Shown: in pieces, positions 32,206 to 41,816 of the stretch | Layout of the letters: each line of letters begins with the position of its first letter | How positions within the stretch are numbered: the first letter of the stretch is position 1 | Assembly: GCA_963727485.1 (NCBI GenBank) | Contig: CAVSGM010000001.1 | Location: 64,001-128,000, forward strand | DNA: 64,000 nt | Source: an uncultured delta proteobacterium | GTDB lineage: Bacteria > Myxococcota > Myxococcia > SLRQ01 | Reading direction: 5' to 3' | Program-made: the position numbers and the translations under genes | Notes under the pieces: model-generated | Seen by the model: the letters and a program-made list of their open reading frames with translations, nothing else | The model's database searches: none | Told to the model about the DNA's origin: nothing

Positions 32206-33441
32206 CTACGCCAGCCAGCCGCCGGTGAACACCAGCGCCCCCCACACCGCCATCACCACCCCCACCGCCCCCAGCACCTTGAACCACCGGTCCACCGGCC
32301 GCCCCCCCATGGCCAGGAGCAGGAAGAGGAACGGGGTCCAGTCGAGGCTGAACCGGTACCCGAACTGGAACCACCCGTCGTTCTGGTAGAAGAGCGCCGG
32401 GATCGCCACCGCCGCCACCGTGAGCCACAGGGCCCGGTGGAGCCGCGGCCGCCGCCTCGGCCACAGGAGCAACAGGAAGATGGGCGTGGTGACGAAGAGG
32501 CTCATCCCGTTGCCGTCGAAGCCGATGCGAAACGGGTGGTGGGAGATCACCGGGAGGCGCACGAAGGCGGCCCGGAGGTTCTTCTCCAGGTAGTGGAAGC
32601 TGAACAGCCCGTACTTCGAGACCCAGGCGTTCACCCGGTTGTCGTAGAGGTGGGCGTGGCCGAACGACAGGGGGCTGCCGAAGCGGGCGAAGTTCATCGC
32701 CATCATCCCCGCGGCGAACACCGCCACCGGCGCCGCGAAGGCGAGGCCCTTCTTGAGCACCTCGGGGCGCCGGGGCCCCAGGAGCGCGTCCCGGTCGAGG
32801 TGGCCGTCGGGGGCGACCAGCTCCATCACGAAGAAGACCACCGCGAAGGCGAGGGGGGCCCGGGTCAGCGCCGCGGCGGCGAGCGCCAGCCCCGCGAGCA
32901 CCGGGTGCCGGGCCCGGTGGGCCGCCAGCAGGTAGAGGCAGGAGAAGGTCACCCCCATGGTCTCGGCGGTGAACCAGACCTCCCCGCGGATGCCCATGTA
33001 GAGGGCGAGGCTCCCCACCGCATAGAAGGCGGTGAGCCAGCGGATCTCGGTCTCGGTCCGGGTGGCGTCGCCGGTGGCGGCGTAGCGCCCCAGCACCCGG
33101 TAGAGGAGCACCACGTTGAGGGCGGCGAAGAAGAGGGTGAACAGCGTGTCGTTGAACTGGTAGCCGAAGAGCGCCACCAGCGGCAGCATCACCAGAGCCG
33201 GGAACGGCGGGAACGACACGTAGAAGCGCCCGTGGGCAAACGCCCAGTCCTCGAGGTTCGGCGGGTCGACCGGCAGCGAGAGCCGCCCGTGGAGGAACGC
33301 CTCGGCCTGGTAGATGAAGTGGGGCGCGGCGCTCTGGTGGAAGAGCCGCGGCCCGCTCAAGGCGGCGTAGACCCCGAAGGCGGCGAGGAAGAGGACGCCC
33401 TCCGTCCGGTGGGCCCGGAGGAAGGCGGCGAGGCGCGTCAT
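32206..33441 (-). CDS. Polytopic membrane protein, GT-C glycosyltransferase-like
   Basis: ATG overlaps the cinA stop; about 10 TM segments; QAEAFLHGRL, YVSFPPFPA, EVWF, MNFARFGSPL.FG, QFGYRFSLD. Confidence 0.6.
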   Translation of the reverse strand: MTRLAAFLRAHRTEGVLFLAAFGVYAALSGPRLFHQSAAPHFIYQAEAFLHGRLSLPVDPPNLEDWAFAHGRFYVSFPPFPALVMLPLVALFGYQFNDTLFTLFFAALNVVLLYRVLGRYAATGDATRTETEIRWLTAFYAVGSLALYMGIRGEVWFTAETMGVTFSCLYLLAAHRARHPVLAGLALAAAALTRAPLAFAVVFFVMELVAPDGHLDRDALLGPRRPEVLKKGLAFAAPVAVFAAGMMAMNFARFGSPLSFGHAHLYDNRVNAWVSKYGLFSFHYLEKNLRAAFVRLPVISHHPFRIGFDGNGMSLFVTTPIFLLLLWPRRRPRLHRALWLTVAAVAIPALFYQNDGWFQFGYRFSLDWTPFLFLLLAMGGRPVDRWFKVLGAVGVVMAVWGALVFTGGWLA

Positions 33442-34694
33442 CCCGCGTCCCCGTCGAGGCCCGCCAGCCGCCGGCGCACCAGGTCCAGGGCGAAGAACGC
33501 CGACCGCCGCCGGATCTTGTCCCGGCCCCCGGTGAAGCGCTGGTGGCTGGCGGCGGTCTCCCGGTCCCTTTCGGCGAGGGCGAAGTGGACGGTGCCCACC
33601 GGCTTGGCGTCGGTGCCACCCTCGGGGCCGGCGACGCCGGTGATGGCCACCGCGTAGTCGGCGCCGCTTCGGGCCAGCGCCCCCTCGGCCATGGCCCGGG
33701 CGCAGGCCTCGCTCACCGCGCCCTCGGCGGCGATCACCTCGGCGGGGACCCCGAGGAGCGCGGTCTTCATCTCGTTGGCGTAGGTCACCGCCGAGAGGAG
33801 CAGGTAGCGGCTGGCCCCGGGGACGTCGGTGAGCAGGGAGGCCGCCATGCCCCCGGTGCACGACTCGGCGAGCGCCAGGGTCTTGCCCGCCTCCACCAGC
33901 TTCGCCCCGAGGTGGACCGGCAGGGCCTCGGCGCCCCGGGCGAAGGCAAAGGGGGCGAGCGCCGCCTCGAGGCCGGCGGCCGCGGCCTCGCAGCGCCGCC
34001 TGGCGTCGTGGGCGCTCTCGCCCGGGACCCGGAGGCGCAGCAGGGCCTCGGGGTAGTCGAGCTGGTAGCCGAGCTCGATGCCCTGGAGGTCGACCCCGGA
34101 GGCCTCCACCGCGTCGGCGAGGCGGGACTCGGGGAGGCCGAAGGTGCGCACCGTCTCCGAGGCCCACGCGCCCTCGCCGATCCCCTCGGCGTCGATGAAG
34201 GGCAGGACCTCGGCCTCGGCCATGGCCTTGAACTCCACCGGCGGCCCCGGGAGGAAGAAGGCGGTGCAGGCGCCGATCTGGAGGGCGAAGCCCGGGGCGG
34301 TGCCCTTGGGGTTGGGGAGGATCCGCGAGCCGAGGGGCAGGCGCGCCTGCTTGAGCTGGCGGGGGGAGACGTTCATCCCCCGCTGGCGCACGGCGTCGGT
34401 GACCAGCCACCTCGCCTCGGCGCGCTGGACCACCTCGACCCCGGCGGCGATCGCCGCGGCCTCGGCGGTGAGGTCGTCGGCGGTGGGCCCCAGGCCCCCG
34501 CAGCAGACCACCACCCGGGACCGCCCCGCGGCGTCGCGGAGCACCTGGGCGATGTCGGCGCGCTCGTCGAGGACCAGGGTCTTGCGGGTGGCGAGGATCC
34601 CCCGGTCGTAGAGCCGGCCCAGGAGCCAGGCGCTGTTGGTGTCGACCACCACCCCGGAGAGGAGCTCGTTGCCGATGACGATGAGCTCGACCAT
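33438..34694 (-). CDS. cinA: CinA family (MoCF-like domain + NMN deamidase)
   Basis: IGNELLSG...DTNS, GGLGPTADDLT, LPGPP.E, AESCTGG, GAVSE, ITGVAGPEGG...KPVGTV. Alternative GTG start at 34700. Confidence 0.95.
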   Translation of the reverse strand: MVELIVIGNELLSGVVVDTNSAWLLGRLYDRGILATRKTLVLDERADIAQVLRDAAGRSRVVVCCGGLGPTADDLTAEAAAIAAGVEVVQRAEARWLVTDAVRQRGMNVSPRQLKQARLPLGSRILPNPKGTAPGFALQIGACTAFFLPGPPVEFKAMAEAEVLPFIDAEGIGEGAWASETVRTFGLPESRLADAVEASGVDLQGIELGYQLDYPEALLRLRVPGESAHDARRRCEAAAAGLEAALAPFAFARGAEALPVHLGAKLVEAGKTLALAESCTGGMAASLLTDVPGASRYLLLSAVTYANEMKTALLGVPAEVIAAEGAVSEACARAMAEGALARSGADYAVAITGVAGPEGGTDAKPVGTVHFALAERDRETAASHQRFTGGRDKIRRRSAFFALDLVRRRLAGLDGDAG

Positions 34695-34701
34695 GGTCAC
34701 C

Positions 34702-35184
34702 TTAGAGTCGGTGGATCAGGACCTGCGCCAGGTGCAGCAGGCCGCAGGCGTACCATCCGGCCACCACGTCGTCCATGGTCACCCCGAAGCCGCTTTTCAC
34801 CCGCTGGTCGAAGTACGACGCCGGCCAGGGCTTGGTGATGTCGAAGAGGCGGAAGGCGAAGAAGCCGGCGACGGCCCAGCCGACACCGTGGGGCACCAGG
34901 AGCAGGGTCCAGAAGGTGCCGGCGAGCTCGTCGATGACGATCTCCCGGGCGTCGGTGACCCCGAAGAGCGGCCCGGCGCGGTGGCCCACGTAGATGGCCA
35001 CCCCCGTGGTCGCCACGCAGATGCCGACCCACACGGGCCAGGAGACCAGGGGCCCGACGAAGAACCAGAGGATCACCCCGGGCACCGTGCCCACCGTCCC
35101 CGAGGCGATGGGGCTGTAGCCCAGCCCCCCGAGGGAGGCGAGCGCCTTCCACCCCAGGCCGCCTGGCTGGTGGCCGGGCCTCAG
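34702..35184 (-). CDS. pgpA: Phosphatidylglycerophosphatase A
   Basis: GLGYSPIASGTVG (upstream of the ORF-track start), DAREIVIDE, FRLFDITKPWP, GVTMDDVVAG. Likely start is a CTG at 35184. Confidence 0.9.
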   Translation of the reverse strand: MRPGHQPGGLGWKALASLGGLGYSPIASGTVGTVPGVILWFFVGPLVSWPVWVGICVATTGVAIYVGHRAGPLFGVTDAREIVIDELAGTFWTLLLVPHGVGWAVAGFFAFRLFDITKPWPASYFDQRVKSGFGVTMDDVVAGWYACGLLHLAQVLIHRL

Positions 35185-36020
35185 GAGTAGACCTCCTCGT
35201 CCTCCTCGGCGGCGAACTGCTCCTCGTCCTCGTCACCGAGCTCGGCGCCCTCGTCTCCGGGCGGCCCGCCCCCGCCCCGGCGGCCCAGGGAGACAATCTC
35301 CTCGATGATCCCCATGACCACGTAGGCCGAGAAGTACCCCACCAGGGCGAAGCTCGCCCGCATCCGCATCGACACCGCCACCCCGGCCCCGAGGACCGCC
35401 AGGAACACCAGGGCGCTCCTCGGGGAGAAGCCCACGTCCTTGAAGGTGCGGTAGCGGACGTTGCTGACCATCAGCAGGCCCAGGATCACCACCAGCACCC
35501 CCACCCAGCCGTGGTGGATCACCGCGTGGCCGATGGCCTTGTAGTGGGCGATGACCAGCGCCACCAGCAGGCCCGCGGCGAGCGGGATGGGCAGGCCGGT
35601 GAAGAACTTGCTGACCCCGCCCTCCTCCCGGTAGGCCAGCACGTTGAACCGGGCCAGGCGCAGGGCGCCGCAGAGGGGGAACACGAAGGCCAGCGCCACC
35701 CCGGCGATGCCCAGCGGCGCGAGGCCCCACTTGTAGGCGAGCAGCCCCGGCGCGACCCCGAAGCTCACCACGTCGGCGAGCGAGTCGAGGTGCATCCCGA
35801 ACTCGCTCTGGGTCTTGGTGAGGCGCGCCACCCGGCCGTCGAAGGCGTCGAAGAAGGTGGCGAAGAAGATGAGGAGCGCGGCCTTGTAGAGCTCCTCGCC
35901 GGTGGCCTCCCCCGAGCACAGGGTGATGGCGTAGAACCCGCAGAAGATCGACGAGGTCGTGAAGAGGTTCGGAAGCACGAAGAGGAGCTTCCGGAGGTTC
36001 GTTCGCGAGCGGCGGGGCAT
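35181..36020 (-). CDS. pssA: CDP-diacylglycerol--serine O-phosphatidyltransferase
   Basis: LPNLFT, FDAFDGRVAR...SEFG..LDSLAD.VSFGVAP, ALRLARFN, FTGLPIP. Confidence 0.93.
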   Translation of the reverse strand: MPRRSRTNLRKLLFVLPNLFTTSSIFCGFYAITLCSGEATGEELYKAALLIFFATFFDAFDGRVARLTKTQSEFGMHLDSLADVVSFGVAPGLLAYKWGLAPLGIAGVALAFVFPLCGALRLARFNVLAYREEGGVSKFFTGLPIPLAAGLLVALVIAHYKAIGHAVIHHGWVGVLVVILGLLMVSNVRYRTFKDVGFSPRSALVFLAVLGAGVAVSMRMRASFALVGYFSAYVVMGIIEEIVSLGRRGGGGPPGDEGAELGDEDEEQFAAEEDEEVYS

Positions 36021-36092
36021 GGCGAAGGCGAGGTCCCGAGACGGCGGCAACGTAGCACGTTCCCGGCGGACTGGAAGCAGTCACCGGACGCC

Positions 36093-37283
36093 ATGACGCG
36101 GCGCGCCACCCATGATACCACTGGGGCCGCCGTGGTCATTGCGCTGCCGCTGGTCGTCGGGCTGGCCGTCCTGGCCGCCGTGGGGCTCCTGGCCCTGTGG
36201 GCGCTCTTTGCCCGGCGCCGGCTCCACCTGCGCACCGAGGCCGACGAGATCCACTTCGTCACGGCCGCCGACGGCTGGCGCCTGGCCCTGTGGCGGCTGC
36301 GGCCCCGGGACGGCGCCCCGGCCCGGCCCCCGGTGATCCTCTGCCACGGCCTGTGGGCCAACCGGTTCAACCTGGACTTCGGCCCGGGGCTCTCCCTGGC
36401 CCGGCACCTCGCCGAGCGGGGCTTCGACGTCTTCGTCCTCGAGCTGCGGGGGAGCGGGTTCTCGGCGGACCCCGGCCCCGAGGGGCCCCGGGGGAAGGCC
36501 GCCCGGGCCTACGGCTTCGACGCCCACGTGACCCTCGACGCCCCGGCGGCCCTGGCCGAGGTGCGCCGGGTCACCGGGGCCCCACGGGTGTTCTGGGTGG
36601 GCCACTCCATGGGCGGGATGCTCGGCTACGTCCTCGCCGGGGGGCCCGAGGGCGAGGCGCTCGCGGGGGTGGTGGCGGTGGGCAGCCCGGTGCGCTTCGA
36701 CGTGCAGCGCAAGGTGGTCCGGCGCCTGGGCCGGCTCCTCTCGCCCCTGGCCCGGGTGCGCACCCGGCCGGTGCAGGCGCTGATGGCCCCCCTCGCCGGG
36801 TGGGTGGCGCCGCCGGGCACGCGCCTCATCCTCAACCCCGCCAACATGGACGGGGCGGTGGTGCGCCGGGCGCTGTTCAACCTGGTCAGCGAGCTCTCGG
36901 TGGGCCACGCCGCCCAGTTCGGGGCCTGGATCCGGGCCGGGCGCTTCGAGAGCCAGGACGGGTCGGTGGACTACCGGGCCCGCCTCGCCGCCGCCACGGT
37001 GCCGGCCCTGCTCCTGGCCGGGGCCGCCGACGCCCTGGCGCCCCCGGCGGCGGTGGCGGCGGCCTACGAGGCCCTGGGGAGCCCCGACAAGACCTACGCG
37101 GTGCTGGGGACGGCCACGGGGTGCGCCGCCGACTACGGCCACGGGGACCTCCTCCTCGGCCGCCACGCCCCCGAGGAGGTCTACCCCCGCATCGCTGGGT
37201 GGCTCGAGGCCCACGCCCACGCCGACGCCGACGCCGGGGCCCGGCCGGCCCATTCCTCGACGGAAGGCCCCCCGATCGCCTAG
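36093..37283 (+). CDS. Membrane-anchored alpha/beta hydrolase (lipase/esterase-like)
   Basis: N-terminal TM; HGL oxyanion motif, GHSMGG nucleophile, AGAAD, YGHGDL. Start is approximate. Confidence 0.88.
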   Translation: MTRRATHDTTGAAVVIALPLVVGLAVLAAVGLLALWALFARRRLHLRTEADEIHFVTAADGWRLALWRLRPRDGAPARPPVILCHGLWANRFNLDFGPGLSLARHLAERGFDVFVLELRGSGFSADPGPEGPRGKAARAYGFDAHVTLDAPAALAEVRRVTGAPRVFWVGHSMGGMLGYVLAGGPEGEALAGVVAVGSPVRFDVQRKVVRRLGRLLSPLARVRTRPVQALMAPLAGWVAPPGTRLILNPANMDGAVVRRALFNLVSELSVGHAAQFGAWIRAGRFESQDGSVDYRARLAAATVPALLLAGAADALAPPAAVAAAYEALGSPDKTYAVLGTATGCAADYGHGDLLLGRHAPEEVYPRIAGWLEAHAHADADAGARPAHSSTEGPPIA

Positions 37284-37318
37284 ACTCGAAGACCGGCGTG
37301 GCGAACCGGAGCGGCCTC

Positions 37319-40300
37319 ATGTCCCACCTACTTCCGCACCCGTCGCCGGTCCCGGCGACCCCCTCGCGTCTCGGCCTGATCGTCGTGGCCGCGGGGCTCC
37401 TCCTCGCCGCCGGCTGTGGCCGGACCCTCCCGGACATCTGCCACACCGACAGCGACTGCGCCCCGGGGACCAGCTGCGTCGCCCAGCGCTGCCGCCCCGC
37501 CGGGGGCCCGGTCTGCGGCGCCGACACCGACTGCCCCGGCCAACAGATCTGCCAGGGCGGCCAGTGCGTGAGCGCGCCTTCGTGCCTGACCGACGCCGAC
37601 TGCCCCACCGGCCAGCACTGCCTCGACGGCAGCTGCGCCACCAGCTGCGCCTGCAGCGCCTCCACCGACTGCCCGGCGGGCCAGGCGTGCGACGGCTGCG
37701 CCTGCCAGCCCGCCTGCCAGGTCACCGGCTGCGACACCGGCTACACCTGCGACACCGGGAGCGGCGGCTGCGTCCCCGTGGCCTGCCCCTACGTCCCCTG
37801 CCAGCCGGGGACCACCTGCGTGAGCGGCCAGTGCGAGCCCGGCTGCCAGGTGGACAGCGACTGCCCCTGCCCCGGGGACCCGCCGGCCTGCGAGGTCTGC
37901 ATCTCCGCCCAGTGCCAGCCGAAGCCCCAGTGCACCACCGACACCCAGTGCCCGGCGGGCCAGCAGTGCGTCTCCGGCAGCTGCCTCCCCAAGGGCTGCC
38001 AGACCGACGCCGACTGCCCGGTGAGCACCGTGTGCCAGAACGGGGCCTGCGTCCCGGCGCCCACCTGCAAGACCGACGCGGACTGCGCCTCGGGGATGGT
38101 GTGCACCTACGGCCAGTGCCAGCCGCCCCAGTGCCAGGCCGACACCGACTGTCAGGCGGGCTACCACTGCAGCGGCGGCCAGTGCGTCCCGCCGCTGGCC
38201 TGCGCCACCGACAGCGACTGCACCCCCTACGGGATGGTCTGCGTCGGCGGGGTGTGCACGGTGCCCGGGGGCTGCCAGACCGACGCCGACTGCCCCACCG
38301 GCCGGGTGTGCGTCTCGGGCAAGTGCCAGTCGCCGTCGGGGACCTGCGTCAAGGACACCGACTGCCCCACCGGGCTCATCTGCCAGGCGGGGCAGTGCAC
38401 CGTGCCCCCCGAGTGCCAGGCGGACACCGACTGCAAGCCGGGCTTCGTGTGCAACTTCGGGCTCTGCGTGTTCAAGGGGTGCACCGCGGGGCTCACCTGC
38501 CCGCCGGGGACCACCTGCGATGCCGCCAGCGGCCAGTGCCGGGCCACGGGGGCCTGCGGCAACGTGATCTGCCCCCCGGGGACCACCTGCGACGCGACCA
38601 CCGGCACCTGCACCGGCGCCGCATGTGACGCCGCCGGCAGCTGCCCCCCGGGGACCCAGTGCGTCGCCGGGACCTGCGTGGCGAGCTGTAGCGTCAACGG
38701 CTGCGCCCCGGGGACCACCTGCGATCCGAAGAGCGGCGGCTGCATCCCCAACGATCCCTGCGCCACGGTCACCTGCCCCACCGGCTACACCTGCGATCCC
38801 GCCACCGGGAGCTGCGCCCTCTCCAATCCCTGCGCCGCCCTCGGGTGCCCGCCGGGGACCACCTGCGACCCGGTGCGCCTCACCTGCACCCCGAACAACC
38901 TCTGCCAGGGCGTCACCTGCCCCACCGGCCAGAGCTGCGACGCCAACACCGGGCGGTGCGTGGCCCAGAACGCCTGCGGCGGGGTGAGCTGCCCGCCCGG
39001 GGCGAGCTGCATCAACGGGGCCTGCGTCCCCGGGACCTGCGCGGGCGGCGTGCCCTGCCCGCCGGGGCAGACCTGCGACACCGCCACCGGCGCCTGCGTC
39101 ACCGTCGATGCCTGCGCGAACATCCAGTGCCCCACCGGCTACGGCTGCAGCGCCGGACGCTGCGTGCCCTCGAGCTGCCAGAGCGCCGCCGACTGCCCGC
39201 CGGGGTACTACTGCGGGGCGGGGGGGTGCCAGGCGAACCAGTGCACCTGGAACACCGACTGCCCCGCCGGCGACCTCTGCCAGGGCGGCCAGTGCGTCGC
39301 CGCCACCTGCGTCACCGACGCCGACTGCAGCGCCGGCCAGGTGTGCCAGTACGGGAGCTGCACCACCCCGAACACCAGCTGCACCCGCGACGCCCAGTGC
39401 CCCAGCGGCGACGTGTGCACCAACGGCGCCTGCGTCCCGGCGCCGAAGTGCCGCACCGGCGCCGACTGCGGGGCCAACATGGAGTGCGTGCTCGGCCAGT
39501 GCCAGCCGGCGACCTGCACCGCCTCCAGCCAGTGCTCGCCGAACTACACCTGCGTCGCCGGCCGCTGCGTGCCGCCCTTCTACTGTGGCTCCAACGCCGA
39601 CTGCCAGAAGCTCCCCGGGGGCCTGGTGTGTCAGAACGGCCAGTGCGTGCGCCCGGGCGGGTGCACCTCGAACGCCGACTGCCCCACCAACCGCACCTGC
39701 CTCTCGGGGGTCTGCGTCCCGAACACCCTGCCGCGCCAGTGCACCGTCGACACCGACTGCCGCCGCGGGCGCATCTGCCAGCTCGGGTTCTGCACCCCGG
39801 CGCCGAGGTGCTCGGTGGACGCCGACTGCGGGCCCGGCCGGGTGTGCACCGCCGGCTTCTGCCGCCGCGACCCGGGCACCTGCACCGTCGACACCGACTG
39901 CGCCGCCGGCCAGATCTGCACCAGCGGCACCTGCGGCCCGGCCCAGTGCCAGAGCAACGCCGACTGCCCCACCGGGCAGGGGTGCATCTCCGGGCGCTGC
40001 CAGTCCACCGGGTGCCTGGTGAACGCCGAGTGCTCCGACGGGCTCGCCTGCAACGGCGCCGAGCAGTGCGTCGGCGGGGTGTGCACCTCGGGCCAGCCGG
40101 TGAGCTGCAACGACGGGAACGACTGCACCGCCGACAGCTGCACCGAGCCGACCGGCGCCTGCGCCCACACCCCGGTGGCCGATGGGACGGCCTGCCAGAA
40201 CGGCGCCGGCACCTGCCAGGCGGGGGTCTGCGTGGGGGCCGGCTGCCAGAGCGCGGCCGACTGCTCCGACGGGAACGCCTGCAACGGCACCGAGCAGTGC

Positions 40301-41740
40301 GTCTCCGGGGCCTGCCAGGCGGGGACGCCGGTGAGCTGCGGCGACAACAACCCCTGCACCGCCGACCTCTGCGACCCGGCCACCGGGAGCTGCAGCCACA
40401 GCCCGCTCCCCGACGGGGCGAGCTGCGGGAGCGCCCGCATCTGCCAGGCCGGCCAGTGCGTGCCCACCGGCTGCCAGTCGAACGCCGACTGCAACGACGG
40501 GGTCGCCTGCAACGGCGTGGAGACCTGCGGGGCGAACGGCGCCTGCGTCCCCGGCACCAAGGTGAACTGCGCCACCGGCAACGCCTGCCAGGTGGGCCAG
40601 TGCACCGAGCCCGGGGGCACCTGCCAGACCACGCCCGCCGCCGACGGGACCGCCTGCGGCCCGAACGGCCAGGTGTGCATGGGCGGCCAGTGCCTCACCG
40701 TCCAGTGCCAGACCGCCGCCGACTGCTCCGACGGGAACGCCTGCAACGGCACCGAGAGCTGCGTGAACTACCAGTGCCAGCCGGGCACGCCGAGGAACTG
40801 CGACGACCTCAACCCCTGCACCGGCGACGCCTGCGACGCCGCCACCGGCGCCTGCAGCCACACGGTCATCGCCGACGGGACCCCCTGCGGGAGCGGCAAG
40901 GTGTGCCTCGCCGGGGCCTGCGAGCCGGTGCAGTGCACCTCGAGCAGCCAGTGCAACGACGGGCTCTACTGCAACGGCACCGAGAGCTGCGGCTCGGCCG
41001 GGACCTGCCAGGCCGGCACCCCGCCGAACTGCGTCGACGTGGGCCCCTGCCGCTACGCCCAGTGCGACGAGCAGGCCCGGGCCTGCAGCTACGTCACCAA
41101 GGCCGACGGGACGGCCTGCGCCGGCGGCGGCACCTGCCAGGGCGGCGTGTGCACCTACCCCGCGGGCCAGTGCCGCACCGACGCCGACTGCCCCTCGGGG
41201 CAGGTCTGCGACACCTTCACCGCCACCTGCGCCCAGCCCCCGCCCGCCTGCACCGTCGACGCCGACTGTGGCAGCGGCCAGGCCTGCGTCGGCGGGGTGT
41301 GCACCGCGGTGGTCAGCTGCCAGAGCGCCGCCGACTGCCCCGCCGGCACCACCTGCTACCCCAGCGGGGTGTGCTACCGGACGCCCCAGTGCTTCAGCGA
41401 CCTCGACTGCAACCCGGGCTTCCGCTGCGACGGGCTCTCGTGCCAGCCGGTGACCTGCACCAGCAACGCCGACTGCACCGACGGGTTCACCTGCCACGGG
41501 AGCCGGTGCCTGCCGCCGGTGTACTGCCAGACCAGCAAGGACTGCCCGGGGACCTATCTCCAGTGCGTGAACCACGTGTGCGAGAACCCCGGGGGGTGCA
41601 CCGCCGACGCCCAGTGCCCGTCGAACCAGTACTGCCTGTGGGGGGCGTGCTACTTCCTGCCGCCGACGAACTGCACCTATGACGTCGACTGCCCGTACAA
41701 CCAGGTTTGTGAGTACGGGTACTGTCAGAAGAAGCCGTAG
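37319..41740 (+). CDS. Giant cysteine-repeat lipoprotein (1473 aa)
   Basis: Lipobox LLLAAG-C; dozens of C..D.DCP.G..C..G.C modules, C..V.CP.G..CD..TG.C modules, and four CxDGxxCNGxExC blocks with CTAD.C-type segments. Confidence 0.9.
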   Translation: MSHLLPHPSPVPATPSRLGLIVVAAGLLLAAGCGRTLPDICHTDSDCAPGTSCVAQRCRPAGGPVCGADTDCPGQQICQGGQCVSAPSCLTDADCPTGQHCLDGSCATSCACSASTDCPAGQACDGCACQPACQVTGCDTGYTCDTGSGGCVPVACPYVPCQPGTTCVSGQCEPGCQVDSDCPCPGDPPACEVCISAQCQPKPQCTTDTQCPAGQQCVSGSCLPKGCQTDADCPVSTVCQNGACVPAPTCKTDADCASGMVCTYGQCQPPQCQADTDCQAGYHCSGGQCVPPLACATDSDCTPYGMVCVGGVCTVPGGCQTDADCPTGRVCVSGKCQSPSGTCVKDTDCPTGLICQAGQCTVPPECQADTDCKPGFVCNFGLCVFKGCTAGLTCPPGTTCDAASGQCRATGACGNVICPPGTTCDATTGTCTGAACDAAGSCPPGTQCVAGTCVASCSVNGCAPGTTCDPKSGGCIPNDPCATVTCPTGYTCDPATGSCALSNPCAALGCPPGTTCDPVRLTCTPNNLCQGVTCPTGQSCDANTGRCVAQNACGGVSCPPGASCINGACVPGTCAGGVPCPPGQTCDTATGACVTVDACANIQCPTGYGCSAGRCVPSSCQSAADCPPGYYCGAGGCQANQCTWNTDCPAGDLCQGGQCVAATCVTDADCSAGQVCQYGSCTTPNTSCTRDAQCPSGDVCTNGACVPAPKCRTGADCGANMECVLGQCQPATCTASSQCSPNYTCVAGRCVPPFYCGSNADCQKLPGGLVCQNGQCVRPGGCTSNADCPTNRTCLSGVCVPNTLPRQCTVDTDCRRGRICQLGFCTPAPRCSVDADCGPGRVCTAGFCRRDPGTCTVDTDCAAGQICTSGTCGPAQCQSNADCPTGQGCISGRCQSTGCLVNAECSDGLACNGAEQCVGGVCTSGQPVSCNDGNDCTADSCTEPTGACAHTPVADGTACQNGAGTCQAGVCVGAGCQSAADCSDGNACNGTEQCVSGACQAGTPVSCGDNNPCTADLCDPATGSCSHSPLPDGASCGSARICQAGQCVPTGCQSNADCNDGVACNGVETCGANGACVPGTKVNCATGNACQVGQCTEPGGTCQTTPAADGTACGPNGQVCMGGQCLTVQCQTAADCSDGNACNGTESCVNYQCQPGTPRNCDDLNPCTGDACDAATGACSHTVIADGTPCGSGKVCLAGACEPVQCTSSSQCNDGLYCNGTESCGSAGTCQAGTPPNCVDVGPCRYAQCDEQARACSYVTKADGTACAGGGTCQGGVCTYPAGQCRTDADCPSGQVCDTFTATCAQPPPACTVDADCGSGQACVGGVCTAVVSCQSAADCPAGTTCYPSGVCYRTPQCFSDLDCNPGFRCDGLSCQPVTCTSNADCTDGFTCHGSRCLPPVYCQTSKDCPGTYLQCVNHVCENPGGCTADAQCPSNQYCLWGACYFLPPTNCTYDVDCPYNQVCEYGYCQKKP

Positions 41741-41816
41741 CGCCGGCGACGCCGGGGCCGACGCAGAAGCACGGGGTGGGGCACCCGGCGGGATCGACGC
41801 ATCAGATCCCCCCGGA

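Noticed and set aside
37319..41740. TraA kin-recognition receptor
   Set aside because: No PA14-like variable domain, no MYXO-CTERM tail and no adjacent traB-like OmpA gene; it has an N-terminal lipobox instead.
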